Shown here piece by piece: positions 1 through 8,035 of a stretch of DNA of 61,472 nt; position 1 is the first letter of the stretch; the number at the start of each line of letters is the position of its first letter. The stretch is taken from IMG/VR virus record IMGVR_UViG_3300031623_000938, positions 1-61,472 of that record; one strand, given 5' to 3'. The DNA is from a virus. Taxonomy: Duplodnaviria; Caudoviricetes. The notes under the pieces are model-generated. The model was not told the DNA's origin, searched no databases, and saw only the letters and a program-made list of their open reading frames with translations. The translations under genes were made by a program, and so were the position numbers.

Positions 1-19
1 TAATCAAACATTCCCATAA

Positions 20-256
20 TTAATATCCATTTTGTCTTACTATTGTCGTCCCAAGTCCTAAAATTATTAAGCTAAAAGTCCAATAATATTCATCTTCTAC
101 ATACAAACAACATTTCGTAGGAAAACTGAAGCCATATTCTAGCCCACCAAGCGCATGGTGTGGCGGGTGTGGCGCAAATCTTTTCCCCATCCACGGGAAA
201 TTGATATGGATTTCCCAAAAGTCGTGCCACTGTTTTTCTTTTCTATAAAGTCTCAC
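20..256 (-). CDS. hypothetical protein, C-terminal hydrophobic segment
   Basis: 78-aa ORF whose start overlaps the upstream stop by 4 bp; part of a co-oriented minus-strand run. Confidence 0.6.
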   Translation of the reverse strand: MRLYRKEKQWHDFWEIHINFPWMGKRFAPHPPHHALGGLEYGFSFPTKCCLYVEDEYYWTFSLIILGLGTTIVRQNGY

Positions 257-618
257 TTCTTCTTTAGCCGTTCTTGTTCTTGCTCTTGCTTTTGTCGGGC
301 TTTTATTTTGTTGAATTCATACTCTTCAAGAGAGTTGCGCTCATCTGAGAGCCTGTTTAGGCGTCCCACAATGCCGTTTAAGGCGTCCTTGAGCATTTCT
401 GGTGGTACACTGGCGTCTTTTGGCAATTCATCCAATTTATGCAAAAAATTACAGGTTTCATTAAATGTTTCTTTATCGCCCCAAAAGTATCCCTCTCGAT
501 GGCGGGGCACGTTTTTGTTTTCCCACTGATGCTGACCCCACTCTTCGTTGTCCAAATTGCTTTCCCAAGGGTCGTTGTGCTTGGCAGAGTTCGGGTTGTA
601 GTTTTGTTCGTTATTCAT
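253..618 (-). CDS. hypothetical protein
   Basis: 121-aa ORF, charged coiled-coil-like C-terminus, in the minus-strand run. Confidence 0.7.
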   Translation of the reverse strand: MNNEQNYNPNSAKHNDPWESNLDNEEWGQHQWENKNVPRHREGYFWGDKETFNETCNFLHKLDELPKDASVPPEMLKDALNGIVGRLNRLSDERNSLEEYEFNKIKARQKQEQEQERLKKK

Positions 619-652
619 TTTGTCCCAACCGTAAAGGAATCCTTGTCAGTTG

Positions 653-1336
653 CTAATCCCACAAATTCAAATAATATTTACCAAACAAGTCCAGCCCTTC
701 TTGAACTCTCTCGCTGTGCTTCTCGCACGGTGTCCAGTCCCATTTTCTCTCATCCAAGCCCTCGTACCCAACGCTCCCATCACTGTAGGTAGTCTTCTTG
801 TGTCTTGGGTCGTAGTCTTTAGGCTTAATTGGACTAGTCGAATCTTGCCAATGCTCAAACGACCAAATCATCTTATCCAAAGTCTTCTCCCAGCTACGCA
901 TAGCCCTGTCCATAGCTAATTCTCTCTCCTTCTCGGATAATTCGGAGGCGGTGTTGTGATCGTAATCCTTTTCAAACATCTCGGTGGGACAACCGTTAAG
1001 GTTATTTCGGAGGTACTTCAAGCGAGGCACAACCATCTCAGCGTTCCAACTCTGAAAGTTCCACGCTTGTTCGTGCGGAAAACCCGTTCGCCAAGTCTCG
1101 CGTTTCTTGCGCCACCAATACTCAACCGCTTCATACTTCCATTTGAATCGCCACCAAACTAGCGTGTACCAAGGAATTTTTGACCTATCGCCGATGTCTT
1201 CCATGAATCGTTCAACGATCTCTTCTTTTACGATTGTCCTTTCTTTTTCCATTTTTTCGTACTCCGCTAATCTTCTAAAAAGCTCAGGATATTCGTCGAG
1301 AGTCTCTTCACAAATTTTCTTTATGTCTTTACTCAC
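653..1336 (-). CDS. conserved-type phage hypothetical protein
   Basis: C-terminal ERVQEGLDLFGKYYLNLWD motif recalls common large-phage hypotheticals. Start moved from 1384 to the GTG at 1336, which overlaps the upstream stop. Confidence 0.75.
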   Translation of the reverse strand: MSKDIKKICEETLDEYPELFRRLAEYEKMEKERTIVKEEIVERFMEDIGDRSKIPWYTLVWWRFKWKYEAVEYWWRKKRETWRTGFPHEQAWNFQSWNAEMVVPRLKYLRNNLNGCPTEMFEKDYDHNTASELSEKERELAMDRAMRSWEKTLDKMIWSFEHWQDSTSPIKPKDYDPRHKKTTYSDGSVGYEGLDERKWDWTPCEKHSERVQEGLDLFGKYYLNLWD

Positions 1337-1664
1337 CGCTTGTCTTATGCTTGTCTTTCGCGCCACGGCACTCCGATGGATCATTTTTCATTGCGTCACT
1401 GGCTCGCTCCACAGCCTCTCTCATAACCATAACGGTTTCTTCGGGGGGCTCCTTCTTCAGTCCAAGCTCATACGCGAGTTCATAATCGAGCTCTTTCGCG
1501 ATACTCTCGTTGTGAAATCCCCACGCTTGCAGGGCCTTAACTACTTGTCCCATTATCGCGGTGATGTCCAAGTCGTCTCTGGCAATGTCTATGCTTACCT
1601 TCGAGTACATGGTGTCCGCACTTAAGCGAGACTGATCTTCGGTTGGTTCAATTGTTATTTTCAT
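1329..1664 (-). CDS. hypothetical protein
   Basis: 111-aa ORF with ATGA coupling to the upstream gene. Confidence 0.7.
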   Translation of the reverse strand: MKITIEPTEDQSRLSADTMYSKVSIDIARDDLDITAIMGQVVKALQAWGFHNESIAKELDYELAYELGLKKEPPEETVMVMREAVERASDAMKNDPSECRGAKDKHKTSGE

Positions 1665-2020
1665 TTTTTTCCATCGAGCAAATTTCCTGTTCCGAACACG
1701 GCTTTGAGCATGGCAGCTTCATCCTTTGATTTAGCCTCATCCATTTCGGGCTCCTTGTCTGCTGGTTCGACTACGTTGAGCACAATCCACGACGCAAGTT
1801 CTATGGCTTTTTCTTTATTTAGAATAACTTGGTCATCATAGACATTGCCTTTCGTCAGCACCATCCAGCACAGTTTTAGTCGTATCCACCAAGATAATTT
1901 GATGGGGTTGATGCCCTCACGCCAGTAGCTAAAGTACAGTTCTTCCTCATCGTCAAACTTAGTGACGAGCATACCTTCGCTATGACAATCGCATTTTATG
2001 AATTTTTCTCTGTCAGCCAT
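1661..2020 (-). CDS. hypothetical protein (N-terminal CDCH motif)
   Basis: 119-aa ORF coupled to neighbours; FIKCDCHSE start. Confidence 0.7.
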   Translation of the reverse strand: MADREKFIKCDCHSEGMLVTKFDDEEELYFSYWREGINPIKLSWWIRLKLCWMVLTKGNVYDDQVILNKEKAIELASWIVLNVVEPADKEPEMDEAKSKDEAAMLKAVFGTGNLLDGKK

Positions 2021-2181
2021 TATCCTCTCCTTCGTCCCACGTTTTCCTCGTCTTCTATATCTTCGTGTTGAGTGGTATGTTCCAAAATGGAACTAACCTC
2101 TTTCATCTTCCACGCTATATACCAAACACCCGCAGCAATTATATAAAAGGGTATTTGCAGTAATAAAAGGTATTCAATCAT
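2020..2181 (-). CDS. small single-TM protein, 53 aa (not in ORF track)
   Basis: MIEYLLLLQIPFYIIAAGVWYIAWKMKEVSS...RRRG*; fills the gap, and its TAA overlaps the next ATG (TAATG). Confidence 0.7.
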   Translation of the reverse strand: MIEYLLLLQIPFYIIAAGVWYIAWKMKEVSSILEHTTQHEDIEDEENVGRRRG

Positions 2182-2188
2182 TTCTTGT

Positions 2189-2773
2189 TCAAAAATCCTT
2201 TAGCTTAGTTGGTAACTCATTTATCTCTAGAATGTTTGCTGAGTTATCAGTCTTGAATCTAAACGCGGTTGTTTCCTCCCCGCTGAATGTCAGCACTCTT
2301 TCTTTAACAACTATTTCTTTAAAAGGCTTAATTCTGATTAGCTTAATCGTGGCTTTCACTGGAGCCTTGTCCGCTTTGGAATAAACATGGACATTAACAA
2401 TGTTTTCCCCCGCTGTGACGCCACGAAACGATACTATCTCTTCGTTTTTATTTACGACTTTCCCCTTATTCTCTGGAAGAGTATTGTTCCTAGACTTACC
2501 GAGTGCATCGTGGTCTAAGCTGATCAAGCTCCCATCTCCACCTTCCCTTCTGTTGAAGCTAATCAAGTGGCCAGAAGCGGACTTAACATATATATCCAAG
2601 TCATCCTCACTTTCTCCGTCCCAAGTTAAGATTACTTGAAAAATTGTGTTCGGTGGCCTCATCTTTTTTTTGTCGTCCTCTGTCTTCAGGAGAAACAGAA
2701 TAGCCACGAGCATCAACAAGCAGCAGAACAGGGTGTCGATGAATGGTTTGAATGTGAAATATTTTCTTTTCAT
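2189..2773 (-). CDS. ExbD/TolR/MotB-like single-TM protein with YfaP/DUF2135-like soluble domain
   Basis: KPFIDTLFCCLLMLVAILFLL matches the ExbD TM motif PFID with its membrane Asp; ILTWDG..DDLDIYV motif follows; ATG at 2773 is coupled to the upstream micro-ORF. Confidence 0.7.
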   Translation of the reverse strand: MKRKYFTFKPFIDTLFCCLLMLVAILFLLKTEDDKKKMRPPNTIFQVILTWDGESEDDLDIYVKSASGHLISFNRREGGDGSLISLDHDALGKSRNNTLPENKGKVVNKNEEIVSFRGVTAGENIVNVHVYSKADKAPVKATIKLIRIKPFKEIVVKERVLTFSGEETTAFRFKTDNSANILEINELPTKLKDF

Positions 2774-2874
2774 CTCAGAAAATGGTCTATCAGTTTCATT
2801 ATTATAGCTCCGACAAATCCAAAAATTATAACTCCTCCGCAAAGACCCATGAAAATGATCACGAAATCCCTCAT
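2770..2874 (-). CDS. 34-aa transmembrane micropeptide (not in ORF track)
   Basis: MRDFVIIFMGLCGGVIIFGFVGAIIMKLIDHFLR*; ATGA overlaps at both ends. Confidence 0.7.
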   Translation of the reverse strand: MRDFVIIFMGLCGGVIIFGFVGAIIMKLIDHFLR

Positions 2875-3362
2875 TCTTCTGTGTCTAACTCGAATTTAAG
2901 AAGCATGAGTTGCAACTGGAGAAGGAGGCTAAATACAATACCGCAGATCGTAGTATAGAACGCCGTGTTCAAGCCATGCTTCAGCCCAGCTACTACTTGA
3001 CTTACTGACACCGAATCAGAAAGATTTCCTTTAGTAGCAACACAAAGGCCAATGATTGTCCCAAGAAGACCAAGGGAAAAGAAATGTTCCGCGCAAAACC
3101 ATCCGACTTCTGCGCGTTTACTTAACTCTCTCCTGTCTTTCGTTTTGACTGCTACGTCTGCTTTGTAAGCTATGTGACCTATAAAACAAGTAACCAAAAA
3201 ATATAAGGATATAATTGCTATCGTTAAATGGGAGACATCATTTTTTACCATAGTAGAGAGTGCTCCTTTTTGTTCAGCAAAAAAAATCGCTGTTAACAAA
3301 ATGGCATTAAGGAGAAACCACTTAACGAAGGTAGTCATCTTGGATTTTTTCAAAAATTTCAT
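2871..3362 (-). CDS. MotA/TolQ/ExbB proton channel family protein
   Basis: SLGLLGTIIGL and GLNTAFYTTICG helices match ExbB/TolQ TM motifs; four hydrophobic segments. Confidence 0.85.
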   Translation of the reverse strand: MKFLKKSKMTTFVKWFLLNAILLTAIFFAEQKGALSTMVKNDVSHLTIAIISLYFLVTCFIGHIAYKADVAVKTKDRRELSKRAEVGWFCAEHFFSLGLLGTIIGLCVATKGNLSDSVSVSQVVAGLKHGLNTAFYTTICGIVFSLLLQLQLMLLKFELDTEE

Positions 3363-3868
3363 TATAGGTTCAATAATCTGTTTAAGTCTTCATGATTTTT
3401 AACTTCTGGATACTTATTTTGAAGGTCGATCAAAATTATCTTTTGCGAGTGAGTCAGAGGCTCATACCGACCTCCTCCTTCTTTCCTCCAATTATAGGAT
3501 CGCCTGATATTCTCACTTGCCGTACACCAGCATAAATTATCTAAATCATTGTTAAGTTTATTGGAGTCGATGTGATCTACGATATCATATATTTCAGGCT
3601 GCGGATTTTTAATGAAGGCACGAGCCATAACCCTATGTAAGCTTAACGAGTACCCACCCGCACGAATTGCGATGTATTGATTTCTTAAGAAGGGGGTTAG
3701 ATTTTTTCCTCTTGTCATGCCATACACACTCCCGTCCCTGTACACCTTGTACTGTTTAGGTTTTATCCTTGGATCAACTTTCGACAAGTCTACCCACTTT
3801 TTTTTATTCTGAGAACAGAAGGCCATAGGAGTTAGCTGTATATTAGTTATATACACTTTTTTCTCCAT
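3362..3868 (-). CDS. HNH homing endonuclease (HNH_3 type)
   Basis: LHRVMARAFI..VDHIDSNKLNNDLDNLCWCTASEN. Confidence 0.9.
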   Translation of the reverse strand: MEKKVYITNIQLTPMAFCSQNKKKWVDLSKVDPRIKPKQYKVYRDGSVYGMTRGKNLTPFLRNQYIAIRAGGYSLSLHRVMARAFIKNPQPEIYDIVDHIDSNKLNNDLDNLCWCTASENIRRSYNWRKEGGGRYEPLTHSQKIILIDLQNKYPEVKNHEDLNRLLNL

Positions 3869-3893
3869 GAAATTTGGGAGAAAATGATGGAAA

Positions 3894-3970
3894 TGGTACT
3901 CCCGCTGGGACTCGAACCCAGAACCCTCTGTTTAGAAGACAGATGCTCTATCCAATTGAGCTACGAGAGC
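3894..3970 (-). tRNA. tRNA-Arg (anticodon TCT)
   Basis: GCTCTCGTAGCTCAATTGGATAGAGCATCTGT-CTTCTAA-ACAGAGGGTTCTGGGTTCGAGTCCCAGCGGGAGTACCA; cloverleaf, TTCGA T-loop, encoded CCA. Confidence 0.97.
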
Positions 3971-3972
3971 TA

Positions 3973-4422
3973 CTACTTCCCTTGGAAAAAGTTGTCGTAT
4001 TTGATGAAAACCTCTTCTCCTCTGGATATGTCAAACATGGCGTAAACTGAACCGTTAGCATCGAATCGGGCGTTTGGATTGTCAGAATGATTCATGTAAG
4101 CACTGATGTTTAAGGTATTTAGTGTTCGATACGGGATATACACAAAAGAGTCCTGACTCTTCGAGAAGAAATCGAGAACCATTGATTTGACCTCCTCATC
4201 TGCCACATCGAAAACTTTTTCAGGTACTTTAAAGAATTTGTCGTATCGAGAAGTCTCTGGGAAGAGATTAGTATTGGAGGCAACATCCCTAACGGCAAAA
4301 ACCCCCACGCCGTGAACTTCCGAAGGTTTTATTCTGCAATAAGTGCATTCTATTATTGCTTGTGCTATTCGAGCCTCTTCCTCGTGCTCTTCTTTAGAGT
4401 TGGCAGATTTGATTTTCTCCAT
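3973..4422 (-). CDS. SET-domain protein (putative lysine methyltransferase)
   Basis: SEVHGVGVFA, YMNHSDNPNA, ISRGEEVFIKY motifs. Confidence 0.9.
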   Translation of the reverse strand: MEKIKSANSKEEHEEEARIAQAIIECTYCRIKPSEVHGVGVFAVRDVASNTNLFPETSRYDKFFKVPEKVFDVADEEVKSMVLDFFSKSQDSFVYIPYRTLNTLNISAYMNHSDNPNARFDANGSVYAMFDISRGEEVFIKYDNFFQGK

Positions 4423-4681
4423 TTTTTACTATGATTACCTTAGCCCCTAAAAAATCCTTTATATCTAATTTTACTTCATCAGTCAAACGATCTGGAGCTT
4501 GAGCCATGATTAAGTTTATTTCCCCTAAAACTTTTGACCTCTCACATTTGCAGCATTTTCTGAAGTATTTGACCTTCGCAAACACCGCTTGAAGAAACTC
4601 AGAACTAGCAATCAGATCGGGGGAATCCTTTTCTATCTTGCCTAAAAATTCCCCAACGCTAATCACGAGTTCGTCATTCAT
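4394..4681 (-). CDS. hypothetical protein
   Basis: 95-aa ORF, CCKC motif, coupled to neighbours. Confidence 0.65.
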   Translation of the reverse strand: MNDELVISVGEFLGKIEKDSPDLIASSEFLQAVFAKVKYFRKCCKCERSKVLGEINLIMAQAPDRLTDEVKLDIKDFLGAKVIIVKNGENQICQL

Positions 4682-5031
4682 TTATACAGTTTACACATCA
4701 CGAAGTATAACATGAGTGAAAACACAAACGTCACAGGAGCAATTGAGAACGACAAGTCAAAGACGAGTACCGAAAATAACGACAACCAAAACCCAAGACA
4801 GAAAGCACATGAGATCATTCTAGTAAAAAAACAATCGTGCTCCATCACAAGATACTGGGGGTAGCTGACAAAATTTGTGAAGTCTTGCGCCGTATGATTC
4901 TCGAAGCCAACTATGTCAAAAGGCATGTCTAGACGAAACAACTTAGCATACTCAACGAATGCTTCGGTCTCAAACCAAACGATCAATATTGCCGTGCATA
5001 GACACACAGACTCCAGTATTTCAATTATCAT
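4678..5031 (-). CDS. membrane protein, DUF1360-like
   Basis: SCAFCLGFW (CxxC..W) followed by TM helices. Confidence 0.6.
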   Translation of the reverse strand: MIIEILESVCLCTAILIVWFETEAFVEYAKLFRLDMPFDIVGFENHTAQDFTNFVSYPQYLVMEHDCFFTRMISCAFCLGFWLSLFSVLVFDLSFSIAPVTFVFSLMLYFVMCKLYK

Positions 5032-5080
5032 ATATCGTCCACCCTAAGGAATGTTTCGGGTTCGGTTTCAAACAGTACTT

Positions 5081-5731
5081 TCACCTTTTTACAACGATCA
5101 TTTGCAGGATTGGGTAGCCCTGCTTAAAAATTACTTCTTCTGCTGACTTGTGTTTGTCAACGGTGAACAATGGGTTAATCTGCTCACCGAAAGGATCATC
5201 TTCCCAATCCTTAAGCTTATCCCCTCTCTTAATTCCTGCTTTGTATGCCTCTCGCTTGTCTATCGAAAGTAATCCGCTCTGTATCCTGTAACCAACTCCC
5301 CCACGGAAATGGTAAGCTGGTTGGATAAACATAACATCCCATTTTTTAGAAGACTTTATCATCCAAGGGGTAACAAATTTAAAAACAGTCCCAAGCTCTC
5401 TTTGCTCGACAGGGAAGTCTTCCAAGAATCTGTCTGGGAAACTATCGACTAGGAAATGAGCACAAGCCACATCGAATGGAGCCCTGATTATGTAACCAGA
5501 ATGAATGATTTTATTTATACCGTGACATTTCCTTAATGGGTGGCCCTCCTTAAACCAAGGAGGAGTAATGTCTTTAGACAGAACAGGGGGAAACATTTTA
5601 TAGCATTCTACTAAATAGTTTACGCTTTCCTCTGTCGGTTTTATCTTGGCCTTCTCCAAGTAACTAGTTGCAAAACTTTCCAAGTCGTAAGACTGAAACT
5701 TAACATCACCAAAATCAACTTCTTCAATCAT
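5081..5731 (-). CDS. hypothetical protein, possible degenerate dUTPase-like fold (DUF6065-like)
   Basis: GYIIRAPFD, FKFVTPWMIKS, C-terminal FKQGYPILQMIVVKR. Confidence 0.6.
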   Translation of the reverse strand: MIEEVDFGDVKFQSYDLESFATSYLEKAKIKPTEESVNYLVECYKMFPPVLSKDITPPWFKEGHPLRKCHGINKIIHSGYIIRAPFDVACAHFLVDSFPDRFLEDFPVEQRELGTVFKFVTPWMIKSSKKWDVMFIQPAYHFRGGVGYRIQSGLLSIDKREAYKAGIKRGDKLKDWEDDPFGEQINPLFTVDKHKSAEEVIFKQGYPILQMIVVKR

Positions 5732-6201
5732 AAGCCTGTGGAGCCGAAGCCTCCGTCTTCCCTGCTGGATGAATCGAGGGAGTTAACTTCTTCCCAATTC
5801 GCATCGTAGCATTTTTCTATAATTAATTGCGCTATCCTATCTCCTTTTTGTACCTCGAATGCCAAGCGAGACCCGAAAAATTTACCGTAGACATTCTCAG
5901 GCTCAGGGATATTAAAATTTGCTAGAATTACGCCCACATCCCCCCTGTAAGAAGAGTCAATGACTCCACCCATCACCATTATTCCATTTTTGGCAGCGAG
6001 TCCACTGCGAGGAGCTATCCTGCCGTAATACCCCTCCGGTATCTCTACGGCAATACCCGTTCTAACAATCCTCCGGTACATGGGTTCTATCCTGAGCGTT
6101 TCAATGCTATACAAGTCGTACGCTGCATCACCAACTTTTGCCCTTGTTGGTTCTTCTGCTCCATCGATAAGCTTAACGTATTTTATATTAAGTAATTTCA
6201 A
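5728..6201 (-). CDS. dut: dUTP diphosphatase (trimeric)
   Basis: AAYDL, GRIAPRSGLA, GVIDSSYRG, GDRIAQL, REDGGFGSTG motifs. Confidence 0.97.
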   Translation of the reverse strand: MKLLNIKYVKLIDGAEEPTRAKVGDAAYDLYSIETLRIEPMYRRIVRTGIAVEIPEGYYGRIAPRSGLAAKNGIMVMGGVIDSSYRGDVGVILANFNIPEPENVYGKFFGSRLAFEVQKGDRIAQLIIEKCYDANWEEVNSLDSSSREDGGFGSTGL

Positions 6202-6724
6202 CTATCCTTTTCTCCCAATGTCTAGTTCGGCAGTTCTTAAGAAGTACCCAGTATAACCTTTCGGGTTCCGTCAGCAACTCTGGTGGAATCTCTTTGTCTA
6301 TGCAAGACTTTATAGGGGCCAGCTTCCCGATAGAGAAGGTGTTCTTATTAAAGACATCCTCCCTCGTCGTTTGACAGTCAAACATCCTGCAACCAAACGG
6401 AGAGTGGTCGTGAACCATGCAGTTCCCATCATTGTAGTTTACGCAAGCCCCATCATCGTCGTTTGACTTAGGTATTAAGACAGGAAGAAAGCTAGAGCAC
6501 TCGTTAAAATAAAAAGTCGTAGAAATAAGGTGGGATTTACCCCACTCTATCACTTCTTTTGAAGGAGCAAGGGAAGACAGTTGATCAAAGCCCGTTACTT
6601 TGCCGTATGCCTGTAAATCATCAGGGAGTAGATAGCTAGGACAATTTATGCAGTTCTGCTTGCATTGACCACAAGAACAAAAAGTCCTCTTAAATGGAAC
6701 AGAAGAACCATCATCTAGTAACAT
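6188..6724 (-). CDS. YkgJ-like cysteine-cluster (Zn/Fe-chelating) protein
   Basis: CSCGQCKQNC ... CVNYNDGNCMVHDHSPFGCRMFDC. Confidence 0.7.
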   Translation of the reverse strand: MLLDDGSSVPFKRTFCSCGQCKQNCINCPSYLLPDDLQAYGKVTGFDQLSSLAPSKEVIEWGKSHLISTTFYFNECSSFLPVLIPKSNDDDGACVNYNDGNCMVHDHSPFGCRMFDCQTTREDVFNKNTFSIGKLAPIKSCIDKEIPPELLTEPERLYWVLLKNCRTRHWEKRIVEIT

Positions 6725-7173
6725 ATCTGATCATACCCTTCCCTCCTAAAGTCAAAAATCAATTTTACCCCAAACTCTTCAGCTAAGCTCATGGAACTTT
6801 TATCTCTTTCATATACATCAGCGTAGATGACTTTCTTAATGCCATAGGAGGAGATTGTTTTCAAGCAGTCATTGCACGGAAGCAAGGTGACCGCAATAAG
6901 AGAGCACTCTCCGGGTCGCACATATCTTAATGCATTTATTTCCGCATGGATCACCCTCTTCCTTCTTTCGTCTCTATTAGACCAGTCTATCTCAACTTTA
7001 GGTGGTGGACCATTATACCCTAGCCCCCCAATACTGTTGTCGTGCCTTAAGGCACAAGCCCCAACCTTGATGTATGGGTCTTCGCTTCGACAGCGAGCCA
7101 CCTTCGCCAATTCTATTGCATATTGTTCCCAAGTTACCCTCATCTTCCCATCTCCTGTTCTCACCTGTATCAT
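6715..7173 (-). CDS. dCMP deaminase (ComEB family)
   Basis: RSEDP..KVGA, GYNG, HAEINAL, PCNDC zinc motifs. Confidence 0.93.
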   Translation of the reverse strand: MIQVRTGDGKMRVTWEQYAIELAKVARCRSEDPYIKVGACALRHDNSIGGLGYNGPPPKVEIDWSNRDERRKRVIHAEINALRYVRPGECSLIAVTLLPCNDCLKTISSYGIKKVIYADVYERDKSSMSLAEEFGVKLIFDFRREGYDQICY

Positions 7174-7213
7174 AAAAAAACACTTTGTGCAAAGGAAATC
7201 TAGAGGTTAATAT

Positions 7214-7639
7214 GTGAGCATGAATTTACTGGAGACATCTAACAAACTTTTTGAGTTCTTCTTGACGCGGGACTGCTTTGTGATAGATGAAAACTTAAAG
7301 GATATTGTCACAATTACTGACGACCCTGAAAGGGATAAGGCTTGCATTCTCGGTTCATTAAGGACACTCGAAAAAATTGAATGTGTTACAGAAGTGGAAA
7401 TGAATAACAAAAGTTATTGGTTCCTGAACAGACCAGCGGAGTCCCTAGAGCAAGAAGTAACCCTTCATGGCCCGACCTCTCAAATGATAGCTGATATCAT
7501 AAACAACTTCAGCGCGGTCATCGAAGATAAGACTGATGTATGTGATTCCAAGTCTATAGAAGAAAAAGACATTCGGAGCTTGATCTTTATTACGAACTAC
7601 TTTATTTCTCAGAGCAACGGCAACGCCGAAGAAGAATAA
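7214..7639 (+). CDS. hypothetical protein
   Basis: 141-aa acidic ORF, divergent from the dCMP deaminase gene. Confidence 0.7.
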   Translation: MSMNLLETSNKLFEFFLTRDCFVIDENLKDIVTITDDPERDKACILGSLRTLEKIECVTEVEMNNKSYWFLNRPAESLEQEVTLHGPTSQMIADIINNFSAVIEDKTDVCDSKSIEEKDIRSLIFITNYFISQSNGNAEEE

Positions 7640-8000
7640 AAGGTAAAATCCTTTTCATCCCGCTGAGAGAAAACAGTAGGGTTTCCCAAGGTGAGACAAC
7701 GACGAGGTGCTTTGCACTGTCAGGGCTTAGAGCATAAGTCCACAACCAAAGGGACTGCTCTGATGTGACACACATCAAAAAAAACTGGTGGATAATTCCC
7801 ACCGCATTACCCCAGCGTGATGAGGGTAGTCATCGTAAGCAGTTTTCAAGCACAGTTTCTGCGCCTATTGTAAGGTAGATGGCTTCAGTCTTGTACTGAT
7901 CTGTGTCTATCTGTGGTGTCCCGCCCACGTAAAAAACAGTACGGGCCTCGAAAGAAAGATAGATATTCAGATTCCCCCCCTTCTGGGGGGGTTCTATCTT
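7638..8000. ncRNA. candidate structured non-coding RNA or origin element
   Basis: Many hairpins, a multibranch junction and a possible pseudoknot in a ~360-nt gap between convergent genes. Confidence 0.5.
7956..8000. terminator. strong hairpin, possible bidirectional terminator
   Basis: AAGATAGA...CCCCCCC-TTCT-GGGGGGG-T-TCTATCTT between convergent genes. Confidence 0.55.
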
Positions 8001-8035
8001 AATTTCCTAAAAGAAAGTATTATATTCCTCTAAGA

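Noticed and set aside
155-1625. Plus-strand ORFs 155-529, 439-792, 1107-1625
   Set aside because: Antisense shadows of the tightly coupled minus-strand operon
7602-7802. 66-aa minus-strand ORF in the structured region
   Set aside because: Overlaps the neighbouring gene end antisense, no protein-like features; region better explained as structured non-coding sequence
7638-8000. RNase P RNA or group I intron identity for the structured element
   Set aside because: No GAGGAAAGUCC RNase P core seen on either strand, and it does not interrupt a gene
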